Shown here piece by piece: positions 29,443-38,160 of a stretch of 64,000 bases of DNA. Under the pieces are notes generated by a model. That model ran no database searches. It had not been told where the DNA came from and saw only the letters and a list, made by a program, of their open reading frames with translations. This DNA is from a virus (taxonomy: Duplodnaviria; Caudoviricetes), in IMG/VR virus record IMGVR_UViG_2974518997_000001, positions 33,758 to 97,757 of that record; one strand, 5' to 3'. Every line of letters starts with the position of its first letter. Position 1 is the first letter of the stretch. A program made the translations under genes and the position numbers.

Positions 29443-30051
29443 ATGACCGAGAACACGCCGCTCACGTCCGAGACGTATCAGCGAGCCCGTGGCTTCCGTT
29501 TCGGTCCCACGAAGCTCGATCCCGACTTCACCGAGGCGGAGGTCATGAGGATCATCGACCGCTACCGCGCCGCATTCCCACAGCTCATGCAGTACTCGAC
29601 CGTCCAGGAGGACACCATGAACGACATCACCGAAGGCAGCTACCCCGAAGGCCACGACGACATCACCGAGGACGCGACAGCGCCGACGAAGCTCACCCTC
29701 GACTCGATCGTGCTGGCGGGGCACACCTACAACGGCCCGATCGAGTTGGAGCTGACGCGCTACCTTGACCCGGATGCCGGCACCGCGATCATCCTCGTCA
29801 CCCGGGAGAACGGCTACCCGGACCTGCTGAGCAAGGTCACGATCAACCTCGGCCAGTACGGCAGCTATCCGCGGCCCGGCTGCGTCTTCGTCAAGGACTA
29901 CTCCGAGAGCGCGGGCATGATGGCCGCGATGGAGGCCGCCGGCTGGATGAAGCCCACGGGCCGCTGGTTCCAGGCCGGGTTCGTCGAGGTGCCGGAGGCA
30001 GAACTCACCGGCGACCTCGAGCGTCTCTGGAAGGCAGGGCAGACGGCATGA
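29443..30051 (+). CDS. Hypothetical protein (DUF4313-like C-terminal half)
   Basis: TINL...VFVKDYSE...PTG....GFV motif. Confidence 0.6.
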   Translation: MTENTPLTSETYQRARGFRFGPTKLDPDFTEAEVMRIIDRYRAAFPQLMQYSTVQEDTMNDITEGSYPEGHDDITEDATAPTKLTLDSIVLAGHTYNGPIELELTRYLDPDAGTAIILVTRENGYPDLLSKVTINLGQYGSYPRPGCVFVKDYSESAGMMAAMEAAGWMKPTGRWFQAGFVEVPEAELTGDLERLWKAGQTA

Positions 30052-30578
30052 CCACGAGCTACTACTCCCAGTACCTCGGAGCCGAGTGGCTTCGTAAGCA
30101 CCTGGAGGCCGCAGGCTTCGAGGTCACGGCTCTCGAGCTGAACCGCAGCCGCTGGACCGAGAGGGAGACTCTCGACAAGCTGGTAGAGAACGGAAACCTC
30201 GACTACGGGTTCTCGTTCCACGTCGACGCGAAGATCCAGATCGGCTATCGCGCCGAGGACGTCGACAAGGCGGCGAACACGGTCTTCGAGAGCGTGCCCG
30301 GCGCTCGGGTCTTCCGCAAGCAGGGCGGCATCCACCTCTACGGCATGCTTCCTGGCATCCACGACCTGCGCTGGCACCTCTACGTCGGCCAGGGCACCTG
30401 CGAGCGCGTGATCGTCGGCTCTCGGAAGGTCATGAAGGCGGATCCCGCCAAGGTGGCCCAGATCCCGATGATCGAGGTCGACGAGCCGATCTACGAGATC
30501 ATCTGCTCGGATCCCGCGGTCGAGGCGGCGTCGCTGCGCGCCGCACAGCCGGAGTCTGAGCTCGAGGACGTGTTCTGA
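30048..30578 (+). CDS. Hypothetical protein
   Basis: ATGA overlap. Confidence 0.7.
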   Translation: MTTSYYSQYLGAEWLRKHLEAAGFEVTALELNRSRWTERETLDKLVENGNLDYGFSFHVDAKIQIGYRAEDVDKAANTVFESVPGARVFRKQGGIHLYGMLPGIHDLRWHLYVGQGTCERVIVGSRKVMKADPAKVAQIPMIEVDEPIYEIICSDPAVEAASLRAAQPESELEDVF

Positions 30579-30907
30579 TGAGCCAGATCTACGGTGCCGG
30601 CACGATGCTCGAGCCGACGCACGACGGAAGCGACCTCCCGATCGGCACGCTTGCGGAGACTCACCCGCACATGGCGAACCTCTGGGTCAAGACCGCACAG
30701 GGATGCTGGTACACGCTCTACCGCCACACGGCCACTCGAGGCGAGATCAAGGAGGCGATCCGAAAGAAGAAGGTCGTCGTCTCCCCGATGTTCGGGAATG
30801 AGGACAAGCCGATCATGGTGATCAGCGTCCCGCGGCCCGTGATCGCGTACCTCCCGGACTGGCTCAAGGGCGACCCGGTCTTCATCCACACCTCGAGAGT
30901 CCAGTGA
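30578..30907 (+). CDS. Hypothetical protein
   Basis: TGATG coupling. Confidence 0.7.
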   Translation: MSQIYGAGTMLEPTHDGSDLPIGTLAETHPHMANLWVKTAQGCWYTLYRHTATRGEIKEAIRKKKVVVSPMFGNEDKPIMVISVPRPVIAYLPDWLKGDPVFIHTSRVQ

Positions 30908-31335
30908 TGATCAGCACAGTGGGTGACCTCAAGAAGGCCCTCTTGTGGTTGGAGGATGACGACCAGCTCGTGCTCTCCGTCCGCGGTGAGCGGGTGCAGT
31001 TCCCTTCGGTGACCGAAGTTGTCGGCTACCACGGCAGCTGGGGCCCGGCGTTCCTGTACTACCACGGCGAACCTCGGAATGAGGAGCCGCTGACGGTGTT
31101 CGTCGTGCTCGGCGAGAGTATCGATACCACTCACAACGAGCGCATCGCGCGAAATCGCGGGACTCACGTCAGCGTGAAGGACGTCCGAAGGGCGAAGCAG
31201 CTGGATCCGAAGCCGTGGGTCTACACCGACCCGGTGAGCGGCAAGAAGACCCGGCTCCCGGCCCGTCGCCTGGACGTTGAGACGAAGTTCGACCCGCGCT
31301 ATGGGTACGTCAAGGACGAGGAGGCGTACAGCTGA
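30904..31335 (+). CDS. Hypothetical protein
   Basis: Overlap coupling. Confidence 0.7.
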   Translation: MMISTVGDLKKALLWLEDDDQLVLSVRGERVQFPSVTEVVGYHGSWGPAFLYYHGEPRNEEPLTVFVVLGESIDTTHNERIARNRGTHVSVKDVRRAKQLDPKPWVYTDPVSGKKTRLPARRLDVETKFDPRYGYVKDEEAYS

Positions 31336-31484
31336 TGTTCGGCATCAACTGGTCGCGCAGGATCCGTCGAGCGACGGTGAGAGCGGCGAAGAAGAGCACC
31401 CGGTGGGCGACCAAGCCCTACCGGACCGAGAAGAAGAACCTGGCGGCCGCGAAGCGCCGTCGACAGACCTGGAGGTCACGATGA
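31335..31484 (+). CDS. 49-aa highly basic protein (not in ORF track)
   Basis: GGAGG RBS; coupled at both ends; MFGINWSRRIRRATVRAAKK... Confidence 0.6.
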   Translation: MFGINWSRRIRRATVRAAKKSTRWATKPYRTEKKNLAAAKRRRQTWRSR

Positions 31485-32035
31485 ACGAGCAGGAACAACC
31501 CGAAGACGTCATTGAGGTGCCCGAGGCTCGATTCGTGCGGTACGCCGTGCGCGACGGGAAGCTGGTGCACCCCGAGAGCGGTGAGCCGATCGACTTCGAG
31601 GCCGAGCAGGCGCGCATCGCCGCTCAGTTCGAGGAGCAGCAGATGCTGGCGGCCCGTCAGGCCCAGCGCTCGCCCTCGATCCGCTCGATCGTCGACAAGA
31701 CCATGAACGAGTTCATTCCCGAGCTTCGCCAGGAGCCGCAGACGGTCCGCGTCAGCCTGTCGAAGCACCAGATCGGCTCGATGCTCAGCCTGGCGTCGAA
31801 GCTCTCGTTCGAGCGCTCGGATCGTGAGTGGCAGCAGGCCACCGGCAAGGACGATCACCCGCTCCGGATCCCGTACATGCCGGAGGGCCTCTACGAGGAC
31901 CTGGTCGATTTCCTCAGCAGCCTGGTGGGACAGTCTCCGCAGGGCCCTCAGGCCTACGGCCTCTCCCGACGCCTGCAGGACAACTTCCAGGCCCAGAAAA
32001 CCGCACGACAGATCCTCGAAGGAGAGCAGTCATGA
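31481..32035 (+). CDS. Hypothetical protein
   Basis: GGAGG RBS; MNEQEQ... Confidence 0.7.
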   Translation: MNEQEQPEDVIEVPEARFVRYAVRDGKLVHPESGEPIDFEAEQARIAAQFEEQQMLAARQAQRSPSIRSIVDKTMNEFIPELRQEPQTVRVSLSKHQIGSMLSLASKLSFERSDREWQQATGKDDHPLRIPYMPEGLYEDLVDFLSSLVGQSPQGPQAYGLSRRLQDNFQAQKTARQILEGEQS

Positions 32036-32412
32036 CCGATAGCCGGACGCCGCAGGAGTTCACGATCGAGAAGATCCTCTCGCGGCTCGATACCTCGAAG
32101 CTGGAGGACTATAGCGATGAGACGCTGAGCATCTCGGACATCACGACGGCGCTGAACAACGCCTACGAGAAGGGCTACGAGGAGCGCGCTCAGATCGCAA
32201 TGGCAGAGCCGAAGGTCATCTTCGCTACCGGTGACGGTGTGGTGCTTCTGCACCGCAACAACTCGAAGATCGTGGGCACGCTCACTGAGAATGGCAACGT
32301 CTCTCACCCGGCGGGATACGCAGAGCTCACGGAGCTGGGTCAGAACGGCTGGAGCCTGATCGCACACGTGCCCGCGGCAGAGTTCGCCGGCAGAGAGTTC
32401 CTGGGGTACTGA
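32032..32412 (+). CDS. Hypothetical protein
   Basis: GGAG RBS; ATGA overlap. Confidence 0.7.
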   Translation: MTDSRTPQEFTIEKILSRLDTSKLEDYSDETLSISDITTALNNAYEKGYEERAQIAMAEPKVIFATGDGVVLLHRNNSKIVGTLTENGNVSHPAGYAELTELGQNGWSLIAHVPAAEFAGREFLGY

Positions 32413-32413
32413 G

Positions 32414-32827
32414 ATGGCACTTCACCCGAATCCTGCGACTCCCGCGCTGAATGTGCTCGAAGCTCGTCGAGAAGAGATCGGCCAGGGCTGGGAGCTGGTC
32501 GGCGAGGCCGTGCAGACTGCGAAAGCGATAGTCACTGACGGATGCCACAAGATCTACCTCGCAATGAGCGAGGAAGAGATCGACTGGTTCCGAGAGTGCG
32601 GCTACGGCAACGACAACGATGCCTCGAAGCTCGTTCTGCTGACAGACGAGAACCGTGGTGAGGCTGTCTCGATCCTGCGGAGCTGGTTCGACTCCTCGTG
32701 CGGTCTGGAGTTCGTGACCGCTGTCGAGGGGAGCGTCAAGGTCCACAACGACGGCTTCCTGGGCCTCATCGAGCAGTTCCACTTCGCCCAGGACGACGAC
32801 GACAACGACGACAGCGAGGAGAGCTGA
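32414..32827 (+). CDS. Hypothetical protein
   Basis: DGCHKIYL motif; operon packing. Confidence 0.7.
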   Translation: MALHPNPATPALNVLEARREEIGQGWELVGEAVQTAKAIVTDGCHKIYLAMSEEEIDWFRECGYGNDNDASKLVLLTDENRGEAVSILRSWFDSSCGLEFVTAVEGSVKVHNDGFLGLIEQFHFAQDDDDNDDSEES

Positions 32828-32828
32828 C

Positions 32829-33065
32829 ATGGCGCGCAAGAAGATGATGGTCGTCATCTGCGACAACCCGGACTGCGACAGCGAGATCACGGAGCAGATC
32901 GATCGCTCGGAGGACATGGATCCGCCTACGGGCTTCACTCTCGGGAAGGGCTCATACTCCCAGGACTGGGGTGGCGGGCCTCTTCCGGCTCTGTTCGCGT
33001 GCTCCACCGCGTGCATCGTGCCGGCGATCGAGAACGCGATCTACGCAGAGAGGAACGCATCGTGA
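32829..33065 (+). CDS. Small Cys-rich protein
   Basis: CDNPDC...CSTAC. Confidence 0.7.
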   Translation: MARKKMMVVICDNPDCDSEITEQIDRSEDMDPPTGFTLGKGSYSQDWGGGPLPALFACSTACIVPAIENAIYAERNAS

Positions 33066-33433
33066 CCGGCCGACTTCCGGAGGCGCTCGAAACGGCTTTC
33101 AAGCAGTTCTCGGGTCTCACGCGGATCCCGAAGGAGCATCTCGAGGCGCTGTGGTTCGTCGCCGAAGAGCAGGCCGAGCGCCACGACCCTGCTGACGTCC
33201 AGGAGGCGGCGCGTCATGCGCTCTGGGCGCGCGGGGACCGCGTGAACGGCTGGGAGCCTGGTTCGTTCACCGAGAGCCTGATGATCACGTGGGATCGGGC
33301 CGACACGATGAACAAGGTACGGCTGCGCACGGCGTTCCCGCTGCTCACCTCGGCATTCGAGCTCGGCCGCAACGGCGGAGACGAAGCCATCCTGGCGTGG
33401 GGAGGGATCGACGATGCGCGCGCACGGCCGTAG
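33062..33433 (+). CDS. Hypothetical protein
   Basis: GTGA overlap; PGSFTESL...AD..N..RL..AFP motif. Confidence 0.7.
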   Translation: MTGRLPEALETAFKQFSGLTRIPKEHLEALWFVAEEQAERHDPADVQEAARHALWARGDRVNGWEPGSFTESLMITWDRADTMNKVRLRTAFPLLTSAFELGRNGGDEAILAWGGIDDARARP

Positions 33434-33740
33434 CCTCATCCTCGGGACCGCGGCTCTGCTGGCGGTCGTCACCCTCTCGGGATGCTCCATGGAGCCTCCG
33501 GGACCCTCTCCCTTCCAGATCAACTGCGAGGAGGAGCTGAACGGGACGTTCCTGGAGGACTCGGCGACCATCGAGGTCCAGAACGTCTCGGTGGGCGGCA
33601 CGATCACCGGTGGCGTCTACGTCAACGGCACCTACACCACTGGAACCGGGTACGGCTACGGCACGTACACCGGATCGACCTCCGTCACGGCGCGCGTGTG
33701 CATCGTGGACGGCGACATCAAGGACTCGGAGATCCTGTGA
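33414..33740 (+). CDS. Lipoprotein
   Basis: Signal peptide with LSGC lipobox. Confidence 0.7.
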   Translation: MRAHGRSLILGTAALLAVVTLSGCSMEPPGPSPFQINCEEELNGTFLEDSATIEVQNVSVGGTITGGVYVNGTYTTGTGYGYGTYTGSTSVTARVCIVDGDIKDSEIL

Positions 33741-34096
33741 GTACTTCACGATTCGATCCGACACCGGATCAGCCCTATGGCACCTGCCTGACGTGCGGGG
33801 AGGTCATCCAGACCTCCGAGGACGCCACGGCGCATCTGTCCAAGACGTTCGACGAGTCGAAGGCCGTCCGCGGCGACCTCTCGGCGACGTCACACCGCGT
33901 GCAGGGCACGAACCCCGACCGTGCGAGCCGGATCCAGTCGTTCGTCGATCAGGAGATCGAGGACGCGCTCGAGAACCTCTACGAGGAGCTGGATCGTGAG
34001 GTCACCCGGAACAATCTGACCGAGGAGGAGCTGACCGAGGCCCTCCGTGACGCAAGCGCCGACCTGGTGGACGGCTGGAAGAGGTACATCGCATGA
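33737..34096 (+). CDS. Hypothetical protein (CxxC...H)
   Basis: GTGA overlap. Confidence 0.65.
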   Translation: MSTSRFDPTPDQPYGTCLTCGEVIQTSEDATAHLSKTFDESKAVRGDLSATSHRVQGTNPDRASRIQSFVDQEIEDALENLYEELDREVTRNNLTEEELTEALRDASADLVDGWKRYIA

Positions 34097-34314
34097 TCGC
34101 CATGAAGGGCAGCAGCCGCAAGAAGCGCACGCCCGCAAAGAAGGCCCGGGAGACGTTCGTCCACGTCCAGGAGCAGACGATGTGGCATCTGGTCCGCAGG
34201 GACAAGCACGAGGTCGTGCTGAAGGCCGTGTTCTCCTCGGAGACTCGTCGGCCGAAGCCGCTCACGTTCGCCCGAGACTACAAGTCCTTCGACGCGAAGG
34301 CGGGACGGGCATGA
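34093..34314 (+). CDS. Hypothetical basic protein
   Basis: ATGA overlap. Confidence 0.65.
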   Translation: MIAMKGSSRKKRTPAKKARETFVHVQEQTMWHLVRRDKHEVVLKAVFSSETRRPKPLTFARDYKSFDAKAGRA

Positions 34315-34553
34315 GCGCCGCGGAAGGACGGCTGACGCCGGCGATGGCGATCCAGCAGCTGAAGCTGGCGATCGACTCCTCGATCCACGGCTCGCTGGAT
34401 GCGGACATCATCCCCGAGGAGTCGACAGGCGTCTACTTCGAGGTCGACGAGGTGGGTGACACCTACGTCAACGTCACCGTCGAGGACCACGTAGAGGACG
34501 GCGATCCGGTGAGCCTGCAGATCCTGATCAAGGAAGGGTGGGCGCAGCCGTGA
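34311..34553 (+). CDS. Hypothetical acidic protein
   Basis: ATGA overlap. Confidence 0.65.
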   Translation: MSAAEGRLTPAMAIQQLKLAIDSSIHGSLDADIIPEESTGVYFEVDEVGDTYVNVTVEDHVEDGDPVSLQILIKEGWAQP

Positions 34554-34924
34554 TGCTCGGACTGTCGGCGGTCGTGCACCGCGAGCTGGCGATCCGCTGG
34601 AAGCAGTCGCAGAACATCACCGATCGCAACGCTCCGGAGAAGGCTCTCCAGAGTCTCGTGGAGGTCTACGACGGCGAGGCGGAGATCGTCGAGAGCTGGA
34701 GGACGGACTGGCGTCTTCCGGGCGAGCACACCAGCAACCTGGAAGACGCTCTCGTGCTCATCGATGTAATCGCCTCCATCCGATCCGTCCAGCGCGAGCT
34801 GAAGAGCGCGTTCGCGAAGAGCGAGCTCGACGGCGGCGCGAAGGCGGCGTTCGTCCACCCGCTGTACGTCCAGGCGCAGGAGCAGCTGGACCGCCTGCAT
34901 GATCAGCTGATGATGCTGATCTGA
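34553..34924 (+). CDS. Hypothetical protein
   Basis: TGATG coupling. Confidence 0.65.
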   Translation: MLGLSAVVHRELAIRWKQSQNITDRNAPEKALQSLVEVYDGEAEIVESWRTDWRLPGEHTSNLEDALVLIDVIASIRSVQRELKSAFAKSELDGGAKAAFVHPLYVQAQEQLDRLHDQLMMLI

Positions 34925-35241
34925 TGCGGTGCGCATATCAGCACGTCGTGCACCGCGGCGTCGAAGGAGAGCACCCGTGCCGCAACGGCGCGAAGGCCGG
35001 GCACCGGTACTGCCACCGTCACCTGCTCGAGGAGCGGCAGGAGATCGAGCGCATGTATCCGGCGGTGTGGATCGCGGCCCAGTACATCCCGTACGAGGGC
35101 TACAGCGAGCCGGAAGCCGTGTTCCTCACCGAGGAAGAGGGTGACCAGTGGCTCGAGAAGCTCTCGAAACGGGAGCAGGGCTACTACGACCTGATCAAGC
35201 TGACCTGGAGAGGAGAGACAGATGTCCCTGACACGAAATGA
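34924..35241 (+). CDS. Hypothetical protein (C...C...YCxxH)
   Basis: TGATG coupling. Confidence 0.65.
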   Translation: MRCAYQHVVHRGVEGEHPCRNGAKAGHRYCHRHLLEERQEIERMYPAVWIAAQYIPYEGYSEPEAVFLTEEEGDQWLEKLSKREQGYYDLIKLTWRGETDVPDTK

Positions 35242-35566
35242 GCTCATCAACCGCATCGGGCGGGCGCTCGTGATCGCAGATGCCATGGCGACCGAGGAGG
35301 AGGACGGCAAGAAGTGGGACGAGGGCACGTACGACCTCTCGATGCGCAATGCCTACACCTCGATGGCTGAGGCCGGTCTTGAGGTGATCGAGAAGCTGCT
35401 GGAGTCGCAGGACGTCTCTGAGCTGGCGCAGAAGGAGTTCAACGCGATGGTCGAGGAGGCTGAGGAGGGCATGGGCTGGATGGGCTTCTCTCACCAGACC
35501 GATGCGTACCGCCAGGGCTACCGGGACGGCTTCGAGGAAGCGAAGGACGTGATCTCAGGTGGCTGA
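35222..35566 (+). CDS. Hypothetical protein
   Basis: GAGGAG RBS. Confidence 0.7.
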   Translation: MSLTRNELINRIGRALVIADAMATEEEDGKKWDEGTYDLSMRNAYTSMAEAGLEVIEKLLESQDVSELAQKEFNAMVEEAEEGMGWMGFSHQTDAYRQGYRDGFEEAKDVISGG

Positions 35567-35891
35567 GCTGATCGACGTCGTGAACCGCGTTCAGGTGCGC
35601 CTGAAGGCCGCGATGCCGGTGTGGTGGAAGCGTGAGGGCTTCGCTCAGCGCGGGAACTACTCCTCCACGCCGCAGTGGCACCGTCTGGCGAAGCTGGAGC
35701 AGGGCGTGAACTCCGAGGAGCACCCTGCCGCGTCGCGGCAGTGGCGGTGGACCGCGCTGTGCGGCTACGCGTTCATCTTCGACGGCCTCCTCGGCCGTCG
35801 GCCGGACCTCAAGGAGGATGTCAAGACCAAGAAGCTGCGGTGCGCGAAGTGCGAGGCCAAGGCGGCGAAGATCGCGGCGGCCGGTGGCTGA
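35559..35891 (+). CDS. Hypothetical Zn-binding protein
   Basis: WH...ALCG...CAKC. Confidence 0.65.
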   Translation: MAELIDVVNRVQVRLKAAMPVWWKREGFAQRGNYSSTPQWHRLAKLEQGVNSEEHPAASRQWRWTALCGYAFIFDGLLGRRPDLKEDVKTKKLRCAKCEAKAAKIAAAGG

Positions 35892-36198
35892 GGTCTTCCG
35901 GGACGGGAAGGTGCACGTCCGCGCGGAGCAGTGCGATCACTGTCTCCTCTCTCGGGACCGGCTGGTCAGCGGCGAGCGTGCTCGTCAGCTGATCGCCGAG
36001 ACTCGGGCACAGAAGGCGGGGTCGTTCATCTGCCACCGCCACCAGGTCTCCGATGAACCGGAGGCCATCTGTTCAGCATGGTTCGAGCGTTTCGCCGGCG
36101 AGGACATGGTCCTGCGCATGGCGATCGCGATGGGAGTGGTCGAGTACGTCTCGGCAGAGGAGGATGGGGAAGATGTTCCCGGATCAGAAGCTGGCTGA
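35884..36198 (+). CDS. Hypothetical Cys/His-rich protein
   Basis: CDHC...FICH...IC. Confidence 0.65.
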   Translation: MAEVFRDGKVHVRAEQCDHCLLSRDRLVSGERARQLIAETRAQKAGSFICHRHQVSDEPEAICSAWFERFAGEDMVLRMAIAMGVVEYVSAEEDGEDVPGSEAG

Positions 36199-36562
36199 CG
36201 AGTTCGATGGACTGGCGGCCTACGCAACGAAGAAAATGAAGCGCACCCGGATCTGGAGGCGCGTGTGGATCGGCTACATGGTCCTCAGCTACACGATCGC
36301 CGCGTACTTCGCGTGCACGGCGCTGATGAGCATCTACCGCGCGACGATCGGCGGCGACTCAGGGTGGCACTGGATCATCGCGGGCGCGCAGGTGCTCGTG
36401 GCGATCGTCTGGGCGACGCTGAACCCGAAGAGCGCGCGGAGGGGCATCGCTCGGCACGATGCCACGCTGGAGCGTCTGCGCGAGGACCGCGGCTTCTACC
36501 GTCTGCAGGCCGACCTGTACCGCGAGGAGGAGGCGGACGATGCCGATCGCGAAGAGAGGTGA
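36173..36562 (+). CDS. Two-TM membrane protein
   Basis: Two hydrophobic helices. Confidence 0.7.
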   Translation: MFPDQKLADEFDGLAAYATKKMKRTRIWRRVWIGYMVLSYTIAAYFACTALMSIYRATIGGDSGWHWIIAGAQVLVAIVWATLNPKSARRGIARHDATLERLREDRGFYRLQADLYREEEADDADREER

Positions 36563-36785
36563 CCGTGTGCGGATCACCGGCGTCTTGCCGGACGATCCTC
36601 ACCCGCTTCCCATCGGCCAGGAGGGCACGGTGATCAACGTGATGAACGCGTCGACCTCCCTCGAGCAGATCCACGTGGACTGGGACGGCCTCTCGACGCG
36701 GATCATGCTCCTGCGCACGGATCCCTTCGAGGTGATCCCGCCGAAGAGACGCTCCCGTGGTACACTGGTATCACACCCCGAGTGA
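36540..36785 (+). CDS. DUF4314-like SH3-fold protein
   Basis: GDRVR....DDP.P.PIG.EGTV...QIHVDWD. Confidence 0.7.
   Translation: MPIAKRGDRVRITGVLPDDPHPLPIGQEGTVINVMNASTSLEQIHVDWDGLSTRIMLLRTDPFEVIPPKRRSRGTLVSHPE
36757..36772 (+). promoter_or_regulatory. Extended -10 promoter (GTGGTACACT), no AAGGG hairpin
   Basis: Motif variant upstream of 36795. Confidence 0.5.
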
Positions 36786-36794
36786 GGAGTCAAC

Positions 36795-38030
36795 GTGAGC
36801 AACCCGAACCCAGATTTCTGGCTGACAACGGCCACGGGCGAGTCGAACCAGATCACTTACTACCAGGAGCGAACCGCCAAGCTGCAGAAGAGCCTCCGGC
36901 GCAGTCGGTGGCTGGACGTGCTCCTCGGCGCGGGAGTGCTCACGAACGCCTACTTCGCGCTCAAGGGCTTCACCTGGGATCTGAACCTCGTCATGGCCCC
37001 GATCCACGTCGGCATCATGGCAGGCGCGGGCTTCGGACTCGGGTGGCTCCAGCCGCGAACTCGGCGGAGCATGCGGGAGTCGATCGAGAACTACAAGAAG
37101 CCGATCGAGGAGGCTGCGCACCGCGCGGTGACCGCGATGCAGAAGTACGAGCTGACGAGCTGGCAGAAGGAGTTCGACGCTCTGCTCCCGAAGCCGGACA
37201 ACCGCACGGCCGAGCAGATCCTGTACGGCACCGCGGCGTCGATGGGACTGCACGCGGAGAAGGAGATCGCCTTCCGCATGGCGGTCGACCAAGCTCGCCG
37301 TGAGGCGCGCATGATGCAGGCTGAGGCGCGGGCCACCCTCGAGGAGCAGACTCGCGCCGCTCAGGCGGAAAAGGATCGCCGCGAGAAGCTAGAGCGCGAC
37401 CTGGAGGCGGCGCGAATCCGCGATGAGGAGCGCGAGCGTCGGCGGCAGAGCAAGAAGGTGCACGACTTCACCGACTGGCAGGGCGACCAAGATCCCCGGC
37501 GCGTCTGGGCGGATGACATCTGCCTCGCGTGCGACGAGCCCTTCGGGACAGCGAACTACCACGTGCATTTCGACGAGATGGGCCGGATGGTGAGGACCAC
37601 GCCGGTGCGACTCGGACCCGGCCAGACGCCGGCGACGAACTACAAGCTCCTCGAGGAGGAGATGGCCGAGCTTGCGGAGCAGAGCAGGAACGTCCCGGAG
37701 CTGGTGGAGGCGCGGAGGCGCAACAAGGAGATGCTCGACAATCTCATCGCGCAGGGCGTGGACCTGAACGCGGTAGCCGACAGCCTGCAGAAGGCGCTCA
37801 CCAGCGTGCGGGACTCCAACGCCCGGAAGGAAGAGGTTCTCGAGGTGCTCACCGTCCTCGAGAACCAATCCGACCGGGAGACCGCTGCCAAGGTGTTCAC
37901 GGAGCTGAATGCCCCGAAGCAACAGCAGATGCCGATCCGGTGCACGGAGTGCGGCCAGTACGTCGCGAAGGGCGGCTGGTCGAAGCACAATCACGGCCGC
38001 GAGAAGGGCGAGTTCCAGGTCACAGCGTGA
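36795..38030 (+). CDS. Membrane-anchored coiled-coil protein with Zn-finger-like motifs
   Basis: Two N-terminal TM segments; CxxC...H motifs; GAGGAG RBS. Confidence 0.7.
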   Translation: MSNPNPDFWLTTATGESNQITYYQERTAKLQKSLRRSRWLDVLLGAGVLTNAYFALKGFTWDLNLVMAPIHVGIMAGAGFGLGWLQPRTRRSMRESIENYKKPIEEAAHRAVTAMQKYELTSWQKEFDALLPKPDNRTAEQILYGTAASMGLHAEKEIAFRMAVDQARREARMMQAEARATLEEQTRAAQAEKDRREKLERDLEAARIRDEERERRRQSKKVHDFTDWQGDQDPRRVWADDICLACDEPFGTANYHVHFDEMGRMVRTTPVRLGPGQTPATNYKLLEEEMAELAEQSRNVPELVEARRRNKEMLDNLIAQGVDLNAVADSLQKALTSVRDSNARKEEVLEVLTVLENQSDRETAAKVFTELNAPKQQQMPIRCTECGQYVAKGGWSKHNHGREKGEFQVTA

Positions 38031-38160
38031 CCGGTGGGCCGAGGATCTCTCGGTGCCACGAATTCTCAGGCGGGGCGGCTCTCAGAGCCATTCTCCCGCG
38101 TCAAACGCGATACACTGGTAACACGGGCCGTTGCCCGAAAAATCAAGGAAGCGAGGGGTC

